The position numbers and the translations under genes were made by a program. A stretch of DNA of 64,000 nucleotides from the human T2T-CHM13v2.0 reference genome, Homo sapiens. Below the pieces are notes generated by a model, which saw only the letters and a program-made list of their open reading frames with translations, was not told the origin of the DNA and ran no database searches. Each line of letters begins with the position of its first letter. Positions within the stretch are counted from its first letter, which is position 1. Below are positions 15,806 through 34,001 of this stretch, piece after piece. The stretch lies in assembly GCF_009914755.1 (NCBI RefSeq), contig NC_060929.1; one strand, given 5' to 3'.

Positions 15806-16172
15806 CGTACCTACTTTTATATTTGAGTCAGAGACCATGGTTTAAAAGAAATTGATCAGCAATTCACATGTAGAGATACAAACAGGCATCTAGAGAGTAA
15901 TATTTAATTAAATGTCTTCATATAAACTCTGAATATTTGGAGTAACTAGTAAAGGAGAAATCTTAAGAGACATTTGTGAGCAGTTTTTTCATCTTACTGG
16001 CTATGGGAAAAAAAAAAACAACACCAAGTCTTCTCCAACTTGTATTTATCTTTAAGAACAGTGTACTACTAAGGATGTCTTTTTTCTTCACTTGGTAAGG
16101 AAATATATTCCTTCAAGTTGGAGATGATGATGTAGATATTAATGAATTCAATTCGGTTAGGTAGAGTTTTTA

Positions 16173-17185
<1,013 letters not shown>

Positions 17186-17635
17186 TTATAAAGTGGGCAT
17201 TTTCACTAGACTGAGGGAAAAACTATACACAGCAAAGAATAAATGTAATTATACAGAGTACAGAATGTAATTATATTAGAAATAGTAATTAATTATTGAT
17301 TAATTAAAATATGAATTTAATTATTATCATTGGCTTTAATTGAAATGTGAAAATTGAAATACATTATATATCATTAGTAGAGAAAAATGAACTAAAGCTG
17401 TTGAAATTCATTTTCCTGAATTAATACATAGGCTTCCCAAAATCAATGAACAGGAAATTCTGGTTACCTATTTATCTTAATAGTATTATGGCTAGTAAAG
17501 ATTGGCCTGGATGTGATCTTTCTTTTGAATGTAAAAAGCTGATTATTGGGAGGGCTATATCTAGCTAATATACGCATATAAATATCAGTATTCAAAATAT
17601 TTATGCGAGCAAATTTATTTTAAAAATTGCAAATT

Positions 17636-18538
17636 CTCTCTTTAGGTCTTTGAGGAATCACCACACTGTCTTCCATAATGGTTGAAGTAATTTACACTCC
17701 CACCAACAGTGTATGAGTCCCTTTTTCTTCACAACCTCACCAGAATCTGTTATTTTTTGTTTTTAATAATAGCCATTCTGACTGGTGTTAGATTGTATCT
17801 CATTTTGGTTTTGATTTGCATTTCTCTAATGATCAGTCATGTTGAGCTTTCTTTCATGATTTTTGGCCACATGTATATCTTCTTTTGAGAAGTGTCTGTT
17901 TATGTCTTTTCTCACTTTTTAATGCGGTTGATTTTTTTCTGTAAATTTGTTTAAGTTCCTTTTAGATTGTGGATATTACACCTCTGTCAGATGCATAGTT
18001 ATCTTATTACTGGGTAGATACCTAAAAGAATATAGATCATTATATTATAAAGACACATGCACACGTATATTCATTGCAGCACTATTCACACTAGCAAAGA
18101 CATGGAATCTACCCGAATTCCAATCAATGATAGACTGGATAAATAAAATGTGGAACATACACTCTGTGGAATACTATTCAATTATAAAAAAGAATGCTAT
18201 CACGTCCTTTGCAGGGCATGGATGGAACTGAAGGCCATTATTCTTAGCAAACTAACACAGGGACAGAAAACCAAATACTGCATATCCTTACTTATAAGTG
18301 GGAGATGAATGATGAGAACACATGGACACATAGAGGGGAACAACACACACTGGGGCCTATCAGAGAGTAGAGGGTTGGAGGAAAGAGAGGATCAGAAAAA
18401 AATAACCAATAGGTAATAGGCTTAATACCTGGGTGATGAAATATTAATAATCTGTACAACAAACTCCTCTGACACAAATTTACCTATGAAACAAACCTGC
18501 ACATGTATCCCTGAACATCAAATACAAGTTAAAAAAAA
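17636..18538 (+). mobile_element. Older L1PA (about PA11-16) with 5' inversion (inverted ~17636-18000, sense ~18001-18538)
   Basis: Strand switch at ...GATGCATAGTT|ATCTTATTACTGGG. 3'UTR and A-tail present. TSD AAAAA(T/C)TGCAAATT. Confidence 0.88.
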
Positions 18539-19849
18539 CTGCAAATTATACTATTTTAAAGGTCTATTGAATAATTTAAAAATCAGGTTTGTAAAGGCAG
18601 ATTTTCATTTTCATTGTGTTTTAGAAGCAGTCAAAAGCAAGCACATCAACACTTCAAATTTTTCTAGTAGCTAGGGAATATATCAGCACTTCATTTTGGT
18701 ATCATTGATGAGAAAAATAAAAGCAAAACCAAAAAATTCTTATCACATTTCATTTAGAGACAAAATAAAGAGAACTATTTTGTTTTCTGTTAGAATTTAT
18801 TTTACCTTGACTAATTTCCTCTTAATTCTATTCAACTCAAATCACTGGGACATCTTCAGCACTTGATGAAGTGCAATAATAAGAGTCTCTGCTTACAAGA
18901 ACATTATTTTAGGTTTATAATTTGATTTATAAAATGAATTTATTTTTGCTAAATATAACTTATCTTTATATCTTCTTTTAGCAATTTCCACATTTATTTT
19001 ATCCTGCTGTTTATATTTTTCTTCATAATATTTTATTTGAAAATTCAACTCTCGAAATTGATGGAATGAATACATATTGATGTATTCATGAAATTGATGG
19101 AATGAATATTTATGCCCATTTCCTCCCACTGTCACCTATATTTTTCTTCAGTACTTTCGTAGTTAAAAAACACGTTAAGAAAGCTACTATTCATCTGGAA
19201 ACATGGGTCATTTCTTTCTGAAAATGAAGGATTACTCAGAGGTCAAGCTGGTCATCTTGAAGAACAATTCTCTGGCGATAGATCTGTGCCTGAAAAAAAA
19301 AAAAAGCTGATGACTGCTTTTCAGAATCCTTATGAACCAACTGCTACAGGTGCCCTGTTGTCTGCCATTTTGAATGGAACTACATATTTTTGTCGTTGTC
19401 ACTGGCTCAACATTTTATTTTGTATTTCTGGAAGGCAGATTAATTTTCTCCTAAGTTCACTGGCCATTAAGTCAAAAGAATCTGTGATTGAGGAACTTTC
19501 TCTGATACCTGTACTTGATTTAGATAATATCACAGGCCTCAAGCTGGAGCTGATGCCATAACGAAATGGTACTTTGAGGATATTGGAAAGAAGGTAAGAA
19601 AAACATGAATCATTAGGGGCTGTATCTTAGCCTGAAATAAACTTGTTTTGTTGGCCCCTAAGGAAACATGCTTCCTGGTCTTCACACAATAGTTTAAACC
19701 ATCCCCTGGATAAGTGACTTCTTTAACCAATAGCAAATAGCACAAACAATACTGTACAAGTTTCTAAAGTAAGTCTTAAGAAAGACTTACTTAGAATTAG
19801 TTAGTCCAGCAGCTTGTTTTTGCTTTCTATGGGCAACCACTTAATATAA

Positions 19850-20177
19850 GTTTAGTTATCCAGAGACAATTAGGCAGTGAGAATCTCAAATTACCCACAT
19901 ATATAGTCCTTGTGCAAAAGAAGCTCAGAACAAGCCTAAGGTTAGTTCCCACTCATCAGCCAGAACCAACTTGTCAACCGTATGAGTGAACTCACTTCAA
20001 AAGTGGATCCTACAGCTTCAGTTGAGCCACCCTTGATAAGGCAAAGTGAAGCAGTGACAAGGTAACTCCATAGAACCCTGACCCATTTCTATAATAATGA
20101 GCTAGTAAATAAAATGGTTGTTTTAAAGCCATTGAGCATAGTAGTGGTTAATTACACAGCAAGAGTTAACCAAACCA
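19850..20177 (+). mobile_element. MLT1 (G/H-like) LTR
   Basis: AGCCAGAACCAACTTGTCAACCGTATGAGTGA...AATAAAATGGTTGTTTTAAAGCCA...TTACACAGCAA. Confidence 0.7.
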
Positions 20178-21823
20178 CTATTTTAAATTCTTTTTCTGTA
20201 CTTATGTCCATTTATCTATTTGGTTGTTAATAGACAATATTTCAGACAAAAAACATGAGAAATAATTGGTAGATAGTCTATCCTCTATCACTCAATTATG
20301 ACTTACAGATTATCTTACTTCTGACATACGCACATGCACACACACTAATGTAGATATATATATGCATAAATATTTTTGAAAATTAAATATCTGATACTTT
20401 AAAAATAAATTTAATTATTAATTCAGTAGCAACTATGTAGTTACATAGTTAGAATGCTAGGATACTTTTATGAAATAAGAAATGACATTTGGAATAGTAT
20501 ACAAGTGACAAATGTAATTGGTTTTGCTACTTAAGAGTCAACACTTGTATTTATGCAAAGTGGTTTGTTGGGAATAATTTGTCACCAATATTTTCCAAAA
20601 TAAAGCATCACATTACAGATTCATAGAGTTGACAGAGAACTTTGAGAGTCCTCATACATATCTGTGCTTTTTTGAAGAACTATATATAACCTCTCTACCT
20701 TCTGACAACCCAGGCAATTAAAATCCTTCAATAATGGCATTATGTAGGAGCTTACAGAATATTAATTGAAAATGATTTTGTAAATTATTAATGGGGATTT
20801 GGATATATATTTACCATATGTGATAAAAATTATGCGAATATTTTTATTCACATAATACATGTGAGTTTGGCAATATACTTTTTCAAGGCAAGACATTGAA
20901 ATAAAGCATTTACTTCTGTGTAATCTTATGCCTTATTTGCCCAATTCCTCTCTAAAAGATGTTTCATTATTAACTACTGGATTGCTTAGGTTTATTAGAT
21001 TGTAAAATGATAGAATCCTCCAACTAATTTGAATACACATGGTGAATATTAGTTGAATATATCTTTCTACAATAAGATTGAATAAAACTACATATCCCAT
21101 AAATGAATCCATCATAGGGCGATGTCTCAGTTAAACTGCAGCTCTAGGTATCTGAGAAGCAAGCATTTTTTGGCAGGTCTTTATATTTGTTTTCAAATAT
21201 GCCATTTTGTATTTTCCTTTTTTCATTTTTTAATATATTTTTATTTGTTCATTTTCGGAGGGACGGCCAGTTTGTTACATGGATATACTGTGTAGTGGTA
21301 GGGTTTGGGCTTCTAGTGTACCCATCATTTGAATAGTAAACATTGTACCCAAAAGGTACTTTTTCAACCCTCACCCTTTCCAATCCTCTTCCCTTTTGAG
21401 TCCCGAGTGTCTTTTACTTCCATGTTGATGTCCATGTGGACTCACTGTTTAGCTCTGACATAAGTGAGAATATGAGGTATTTGGTTTTCTGCTTCTGACT
21501 TATTTCACTTGAGATAACAACATCCAGCTTCATCTTTGTTGCTGCAAAGACGATCGCATTCTTTTCTATAATTGCATAGTATTCCATAGTGTCTGCATAC
21601 CACATTTTCTTAATCCAATCATCTGTCGATAGAACATGGTTGTTTCTTTGACTTTGCTGATGTGAATAGTGCTGCAATAAACATATGAGTCCAGGTGTCT
21701 TTTTATTATACTGATTTCTTTTTCTTTGGAAATACCTACGAGTGGAATTACCAGGTTGAATGGTAGTTCTATTTTCAGTTCTTTGAGAAATCTGCATCCT
21801 GTTTTCCATAAAAGTTGTCATAA

Positions 21824-22507
<684 letters not shown>

Positions 22508-22649
22508 AACTTTTAAAAATAATCATTCTCACTGGTGTGAGATAGTACCTTATGATGGTTTTACATTTCTCTGATGACAAGTGATTTTTACCATTTTACC
22601 ATGTATTTGTTGACTTCTTGGATGAATGAAACCACTGGTTCTACAATAT

Positions 22650-25270
<2,621 letters not shown>

Positions 25271-25389
25271 ATTCTTTGGGATTTTTAATGACTTATTCCA
25301 ATAATCTGCAAATAAAGGAGAAATTGTATTCTTTGTTCTTACTTCCATGCTTTTAGTTTATTTTATAGCCTCATTTTTATATACAAGTA

Positions 25390-25481
25390 GTAGCACATTT
25401 TATATAAAGGATTCGAGCATCCATGGATTTTTATATCCTGGTCCTGGAACCAATCTCCCATGGATACTGAGGGATGACTGT
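25390..25481. mobile_element. MER2/Tigger2-type DNA transposon terminus
   Basis: GGTCCTGGAACCAATCTCCCATGGATACTGAGGGATGACTG|TA matches the recalled MER2 TIR end. Confidence 0.75.
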
Positions 25482-26259
25482 AAGGCACATAGACTCTCAG
25501 TTCCCTCTTTGGAATCTCTCTGAAGATCTTAAATAACTTAGTAGCAAAATAATTCGTTCAGAGCTCTAAACAATGAGGTTACAGCACTCACTTAACTTCT
25601 CTTTTTGTCATGGGGCTTTTTCTTAATGGCAATATTCTAGGGTTCTCTTTGTCTTAAAGCTGTGTTTTCAGGCAAGTTTGTTTTAGTGAGAAGCATATTC
25701 ACTTTTTAACACTGAAATTTGGGGAATTATTTAGCATTCTATTTTACAATTATATTTGCAAACTGGTCACTTCTGAGAGCTCATCACTTTCTTTTAACAC
25801 CTTACACAATTTGATAAAAGTCAACCCCCACTGATATTTTGCTTCAAAACTTACTTGTCCATTAGCACAAGTTTATTAAATGCATTTTTATTCCTTCTGA
25901 ATTGTCACGAGTAATATTTATACCAATTGCTTCACCGCTATGTAATATGAGTAATTAATTTTTCAATCTCTTGTAACAGTTTCCTTGTTAACGCCCATCT
26001 AATTGCAAACTTAATACGGTATTTTTTTTCATTATTTAAGTATCTCATTTCTAAGTGCCAAATCCTGTATTAATAATTTATTACTGCAAAAATAATTGGT
26101 GAAATAAAGAACTTCAAGTATTGCAATGATAAAACAAGATATATATTTCATTCACATGTGTGCAGAATTCTATCAAGTCAGTCAATCAAGACTGGGATCA
26201 GCTGAGATTCTCTGCTTAAGGCTACGTATTAATTGGAGTTGGTTTCATGCTGAAAATAA

Positions 26260-27030
26260 GGGTTTAAAAAGAAATCTTGTAACTTAATATAAAATACAAA
26301 CAATCTAAACTTTAAAATAAGCAAAAATATGATATACAATTAACTAAAATACAATTAACTAAAGATGATATATAAATGATTAATAGGCTAATTAAAAGGT
26401 GCTCACCATCATTAGTCATCAGGCAAATATGAGAAAACGCTACATGCTATAATGGCTAAAATTTTTAAAGTCTGACCCCACTAACTATTAGTAGAATTCT
26501 CATGTACTTCTTGTGAACATGTGAAAATGGACAACCATTTTAGCAGTTTTGAAGTTTCTTAAAGACAGAGACTTTACCCTTTTTACCCTTTAAATCAGCA
26601 GTTTGATGATGTGAGTTCCAGAGCTCACTCATGCTGGCCTTATGAGAGCTTTTTATACACATCTTCTCAACTCTGTCTTCAGGGATGTAATGTTTGTAGA
26701 TTGATATCAGTCACGGTTAAAATATTTACACTATGACAACCAGCAACCCCGACAAATCAAAGTTTTCTCTTTCTCTTGCCATCCAGAAAACTGGATGGTA
26801 AACATCTCCCATCATGTCTGTACTGCAATTTTACAACCAGGTATTTGCCTGATAAATGAAATATATATCCATACAGACTGTTCACGAATATTTATTGCAG
26901 CTTTACTCATAATATCCAGCTTGTAAAGAACCTATATGTCTATCAAGCAATAAATGGATTAATAAATTCTGATGTAGTCCCTAGCAATAATAAATGAAAT
27001 AATATTATGGCTTAGTACTCACAGTAATGA
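26260..27030 (+). mobile_element. Ancient L1M 3' fragment
   Basis: AAAGGTGCTCACCATCATTAGTCATCAGG and ATATTTATTGCAGCTTTACTCATAAT. Confidence 0.6.
26597..26822 (+). mobile_element. MER63-like hAT DNA transposon
   Basis: GAGAGC...ACATCTTCTCAACTCTG...ATATTTACAC...CAAATCA...GGTAAACAT resemble the recalled MER63A consensus. Confidence 0.55.
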
Positions 27031-27036
27031 ATAATG

Positions 27037-27198
27037 AATATATATATATATATGTACACACATTTACAAGTACCTATAGTTCATTATTATATATAAATAT
27101 ATACATAATATATAAATATACAAATACATAATATATAAATATACAAATACATAATATATAAATATACAAATACATAATATATATAAATATACATATAC

Positions 27199-27283
<85 letters not shown>
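27037..27283. repeat. AT-rich composite tandem repeat: 23-bp unit TATATAAATATACAAATACATAA x3, then TA/TACA, then ~(AT)21
   Basis: Read directly from the sequence. Confidence 0.92.
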
Positions 27284-27285
<2 letters not shown>

Positions 27286-27419
27286 ACTCCTTCTCATAGG
27301 AGCAAAAATTGGGCAATATGAAAGAAATCCTCAGGCCAAAGTGAAATAAGGATAAAACTTAATGGGTAAACTATGCAACGAGGCCATGTCTGTCCTGAAG
27401 AACTTGGCAGAATCTTGCA

Positions 27420-28900
27420 TTTTTAAATGTAAACATTTATATTGACATATAAACAGATATAACTTAAGATACAAGTTATAAGACATATAAACAGACATAA
27501 CTTAAGTAATAAAAAATTGGATAGCTTGTTGAATATTCACAAAGTTAACATACCCACATAACCAAGATTCAGATTAAGAAATTACGCATACCACAACATG
27601 AGAAGCCCTCTCCTGCCACATTTCAGTCACTGCCTGGCTTGCTGTTCCAAGGACAATGACTTCCTAAATTCTAACACCATTTATTAATTTGGCTAACTGT
27701 TAAACATTATATAAAAAGAATAGTAAACCTGCACATGTACCCCTGAACCTAAAATGAAAGTTTAAAAATAGAGAATTACGCCATAAATACTTTTTTTGTG
27801 TTTTGCTTATTGTATTTGTTGATATATGTGCCAGTTGTATTTGTAGTTGTAAATGCTTATTGTTGAAGAATATTGAGTTATGTGGATATATCACCATTCG
27901 TTTATCTATTCTATTAATACTGTAATGACATTTAGCTTATTTCTAGCTTACATTTCCTTGGAAAGATGATTAATATGTGATTACTGTATATACAGTTTGG
28001 TAAAGATGAACATATTCACGTGCATATGAATAGGTGTTTCATAGGCCAACATATTTACATTTAGCAGATACCATCAAGCAGTTTTTCAAAATGTTTGTAT
28101 GATTTACAATCTCAGTAGCAACGTACTAGGGTTTGAGCTGCTCCATAATGGGTATTGCCTGTCTTTTTCACTTAGCCATTCTGGTAGGTGTCTAGTGTCT
28201 AGTAGTTCTTATTATGGTTTTATTTTACATTTGTCTAATGATGAATGAAGTTAAACATTGTTTCACTATGTTATACTATGTTAATTTTCATTGGTTATCA
28301 TCTGGTGAATTTTTTAGAAGTTATTTTGTCTATTTTTCTATTGATTTCTTTATTCTTTTTAATTGATTTGTAAGAATTTTCTCTTTATTGTGGATACCAA
28401 TCTGTTGTATTCTATGTACCAAATACACATATTGCCAATACCTTCTTTCACTCTGTTGTTTGTTTTTTCATTGTCTGAATAGTCTTTTGATGAACAGATC
28501 TTCTAAATCTTAATGTAGACTATGATAACTTTTTTTTTTTCCTTCATAGCAAGGGTTTTGCTCATTTCAAGGTAACAAAAATATTCTTAAATATTTCTCC
28601 TATATTTATTCTCTTAACATTCATGTTTAGATTTGCAATCCATCTACAATTGACTTGAAAATAGTTCTATGTGTTCCCATACTCTTTTTTCATATGAATA
28701 TCAAAATGACACAAAATAATTTTTGAAAGACTATCCTTACTTCCCAGATATTAATGGCACTTTTATCATAAATCAGGTGATTTTATATATATGATTTACT
28801 TCTAAATTTTCAATTTTGTTTGATTCACCCATTTCTCCATCTTTATTAATTATAATATATTTTAGCTTAATTTGAATTTCTTTATTCTTAATTATAGCAT
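27420..28900 (-). mobile_element. Ancient L1ME-type fragment
   Basis: TTAGCCATTCTGGTAGGTG, TTTTGATGAACAGA...AATCTTAATGTAG and ATCCATCTACAATTGA. Confidence 0.6.
27722..27770 (+). mobile_element. Extremely 5'-truncated L1P 3' terminus
   Basis: AAACCTGCACATGTACCCCTGAACCTAAAATGAAAGTTTAAAAA is the last ~45 nt of an older L1PA. Confidence 0.75.
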
Positions 28901-29254
28901 TTTTGAATAATAACCATTTTATCTATTCCCTGTCAATAATTTATTTCTTCCTCTTGACATACTGACTCTTTACATAGTTTTACTACAGTAAAATATTTCT
29001 TCAAAAAGTGAGAGTAGAAAGAATATTTGTCACATGAGCAAACTCAGAGGGAAAACACTCAATAATTTGTCATTTTACCCAATGCCTACTAAAAAGTTCA
29101 TGCTCAATAAATATGGAGATACAAATCTCCACAAAAGAATAATACTAATTAGAAATAAGTAACATATTCTGAATAAGAGAATGATGTGACTATCAATCTC
29201 GTATCTATTATTTCCTATATTTATGAGTTAGAGGAAATTTTTTGATCCATATTT

Positions 29255-29395
29255 TGGTCTCAACATTTATAAAATAGATATAATAATTATTTACCTATTT
29301 CATATAACTCTGGCTATAAATGAAATAGTTAATGCATGTGAAACCTTTAGCTTAATAATTGTCTAGAATAAACACAGGTACATTCGTTTAAACAT
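29255..29395 (+). mobile_element. MIR fragment
   Basis: TATAAAATAGATATAATAAT...TACCTATTTCATA...TAATGCATGTGAAA. Confidence 0.45.
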
Positions 29396-29581
29396 ACTTG
29401 TTTTTTGTATATTTAAATACAAAATTATTATCGGTTGAATTTTTGAATATAGTAGTCGCCATTTCAAAAACTGATTATTTGATCATTAAACCCCTCTCTC
29501 ATAAAAAAAATTACTAGAGGTTTAAATAAAGCAAACCCAAACCAAAACAAACCAAAACAAAACATAATTGAGAAATGAGAT

Positions 29582-31046
<1,465 letters not shown>

Positions 31047-31239
31047 AGAACTGAGATCCTATTTCCCACTTCAGATTTAAACTAATTTGAATGTTTTTGA
31101 GGTAATACAAAATCTAGTCTCATTCTGCCAAATTTCCTAGTAAATTCCTTGCTCTTAGAGAACCAGTTTCTTAGTATCTTCTTAAAATAAAACTTGTATT
31201 GCTCTGAAGACATTAATCCTACCTATTGTACTTTCCTTT

Positions 31240-32358
31240 CTTCTTTTTACTTCTGCAATTTTTTAAGAAAATTATGGATTCAGGGGGTGTATGTGAAGGG
31301 TTGTTACATTAGTATATCAAGTAATGGTGATGCTGGAGTTTCTAGTACACCCATCACCCAAATAGTGAACACTGTATCCAGTGGGTAATTTTTCAAGCCT
31401 CACCTGGCCTCCTGCCTTCTCCCCTTTTGGAGTCCCCAGTGTCTATTATTTTATTTATGTCAATCTATATCCATTATTTAGCTCACACTGATAAATGAAA
31501 ATATGAAGTATTTGGTTTTATGTTTCTGAGTTATTTCACTCAGGTTAATGGCCTCCAGATCCATCCAGGTTGCTACAAAAGACACCAAAATGTTGCTAAT
31601 ATAGTACAACTTTTTAAGGTTATATAGTATTCCATAATGTGTATGTACCACATTTTCTTTATCCAATAATCTGCTAATAGACACTTAGATTGATTTCATG
31701 ACCTAGCTATCATGAATAGTGCTGCCATAAACATGCTAGTGCAGTCATAGTTTTGACGTGATGATTTATTTTCCTTTGGGTAGATATCTAGTAGCCGATT
31801 TACAAGGCCGAATGGTAGTTCTGTTTTTTTCGTTCTTTGAGAAATGTACGTACTGTTTTCCGTAGAGGTTGTACTAATTTACATTCCTACCAATAGTATA
31901 TAAACATTACCTTTTCTTTCTATCCTTGCCAACATGTGTTGTTTTTTGGCTTTTAATAAGTCTTTCTGAGTGGTGTGAGATGGTAGCTCATTGTGGTTTT
32001 AATTTACATTTTTCTGATGACTAATGATTTTGAATATTTTTTCATGTTTGTTGGCTTCTTGGCTATTTGTATGTCTTCTTTTGAGAATTGTCTATTCATG
32101 TTTTTTGCCCACTTTTTAATAGGGTTTTTTTTTTTTCTTATTTAGTTGTTTGAATTTATTGTAGATCCTGGATATTAGCTCTTTTTCAGATGCATAACTT
32201 GCAAATGTCTTCTCCTTTTCTGTAGATTGTCTGTTGACTCTTGATGATTGATTTTGCTGTGCAAAAGCTTTTAAGTTTAATCCAGTCCCATTTGTCTAGA
32301 TTTGTTTTTGCTGCATTTGCTTTTGAGGTCTTAGTCATAAATTCTTTGCATACTCAAA
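31240..32358 (-). mobile_element. L1PB-type 3' end
   Basis: GTACACCCATCACCCAAATAGTGAAC...GAGGTCTTAGTCATAAATTCTTTGC. Confidence 0.85.
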
Positions 32359-32441
32359 TAAGATAAAGATCAACTTTTACTCTAAAACCTTCTGTAACAC
32401 CTGTGATTCACAGTAAACTTTTCTATTTCCGACACTCCATT

Positions 32442-32686
32442 AGTGGTGAAATCTCAGCTTACTGCAACCTCTGCCTCCTGCGTTCAAGTGATTCTCCTGC
32501 CTCAGCCTCCCTAGTAGCTGGGACTGCAGGTGTGCACCACCACGCCTGGCTAATTTTTGTATTTTTAGTAGAGATGGGGTTTCGCCATTTTGGCCAGTCT
32601 GGTCTTGAACTCCAGACCTCAAGTGATCCGCCCACCTCGGCCTCCAAAAGTGCTGGGATTACAGGCGTGAGCCACCATGCCCAGCC
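32442..32686 (-). mobile_element. AluS lacking its 3' end and poly-A tail
   Basis: Begins abruptly at AGTGGTGAAATCTCAGCT; the Alu 5' end is intact. Confidence 0.9.
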
Positions 32687-33635
32687 TTTCATAGTCTGAT
32701 ATCTGCTAGAACAGTAATCTCTTTCTTTGATATTAAACTTTTATTGACAGTAACTACACTTATGATGATTTAACAGAACAAATTTCAGATTCTTTATAGT
32801 TCATACATAGGCCAGAAATTTTAATTAAGAAGTTAATGTTTTGTTCTGGCAAGTAGTGAGAGAAGTAAGAATTATTTAAAAAGAAATAAAGAAATCAATA
32901 TATGAATAACAAAAAAATGGTTATGTCTTACTTTATCTGGTGATGTGTGGAGATTTAGATAAGAGTATGAGAAATTTTAATGACAAATGTTTTAAAGTAA
33001 TTCATCAAAATATTTATGAGTTGAGTATCCTGAAGTCATTATGTTATGCTTCTGGAAACTGCATGGAATCTTGTACTCCACTTCAACATATTCCTTATGC
33101 ATTAGAATAAATACGTTTCTTATTATAATCTGGAGTAAGTGAATGCAAATGTACAGCGCTTTTTTGATACAGGTTTCCCATAAGCTTTCATTTCAAAAAG
33201 TTAGTACATTTCAATCAAATGTAAAATAAAATCTTAGAAAAAAATGAGACACCTTTAAAGAAAATGTCTTCATGTGTAATTCTGTGTAATAGCTAAGTAT
33301 GGATTTGACTGACAAAGAGCACACTATGTTCAGTACTTGGGAAATACACATTTCCTTTTACTAATTTGTGGCAGTTAACATAAATATTCAAAGGATGGAA
33401 TATTTGTGTTACTATTTAAAAGCAAGAAGGTATTCTCATTCATTTTATCTCTCTGTGTGTAGAAGATAACAGGATAGTACTTGTTAATAATGTCAAATTA
33501 TCCTTTTGAAAAATAGATCAAACAGCTATCTTTCATAACCTTTTTGGCTGACATCTTTAAAAATATTGAATGCTATCCGGTGACTATAAGTGAGAACATA
33601 GAGTAACTAGTCTGTTTAGCAAGAAGGTACTATAC

Positions 33636-34001
33636 TGACATGGTTTGGCTCTGTGTCTCCACCCAAATCTCATCTCTAATTGTAATTCCCACCTGTTGAG
33701 GGAGGGACTTGGTGGGAGGTGATTGGATCATAGGGGCAGTTTCCCCCATGCTGTTCTTGTGATAGTGACTGAATTCTCAGGATACCTGATGGTTTTGTAA
33801 GTGTTTGACAGTTCCTCCCTCACATACTCTCCCTCTTCTGCTGCCTTGTGAAAAAGATGCCTGCTTCCCCTTCTGCAAAGATTGTTAAGTTACCTGAGGC
33901 CTCCCAGCCATGTGAAACTGTGAGTCAATGAAACCTCTTTCCTTTATAAATTACCCAGTCTTGGGCAGTTCCTTACAGTAATGTGGGAACGGGCTAATAC
34001 A
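33636..34001 (+). mobile_element. THE1D/MSTA-type solo LTR
   Basis: TGACATGGTTTGGCTCTGTG...GCTAATACA; perfect TSD TATAC. Confidence 0.92.

Noticed and set aside
19136-19289. Possible minus-strand exon (T13-CAG acceptor, weak AG|GTGACA donor)
   Set aside because: A competing AG lies just upstream, the donor is weak, there is no convincing coding frame, and transcript data are unavailable.
19286-19561. 91-aa ORF in unique sequence
   Set aside because: GTG start, a Lys run from an A-tract, no recognisable domain; length is compatible with chance.
27064-27316. Ile/Tyr-rich ORFs
   Set aside because: Translation of the (TA)n repeat.
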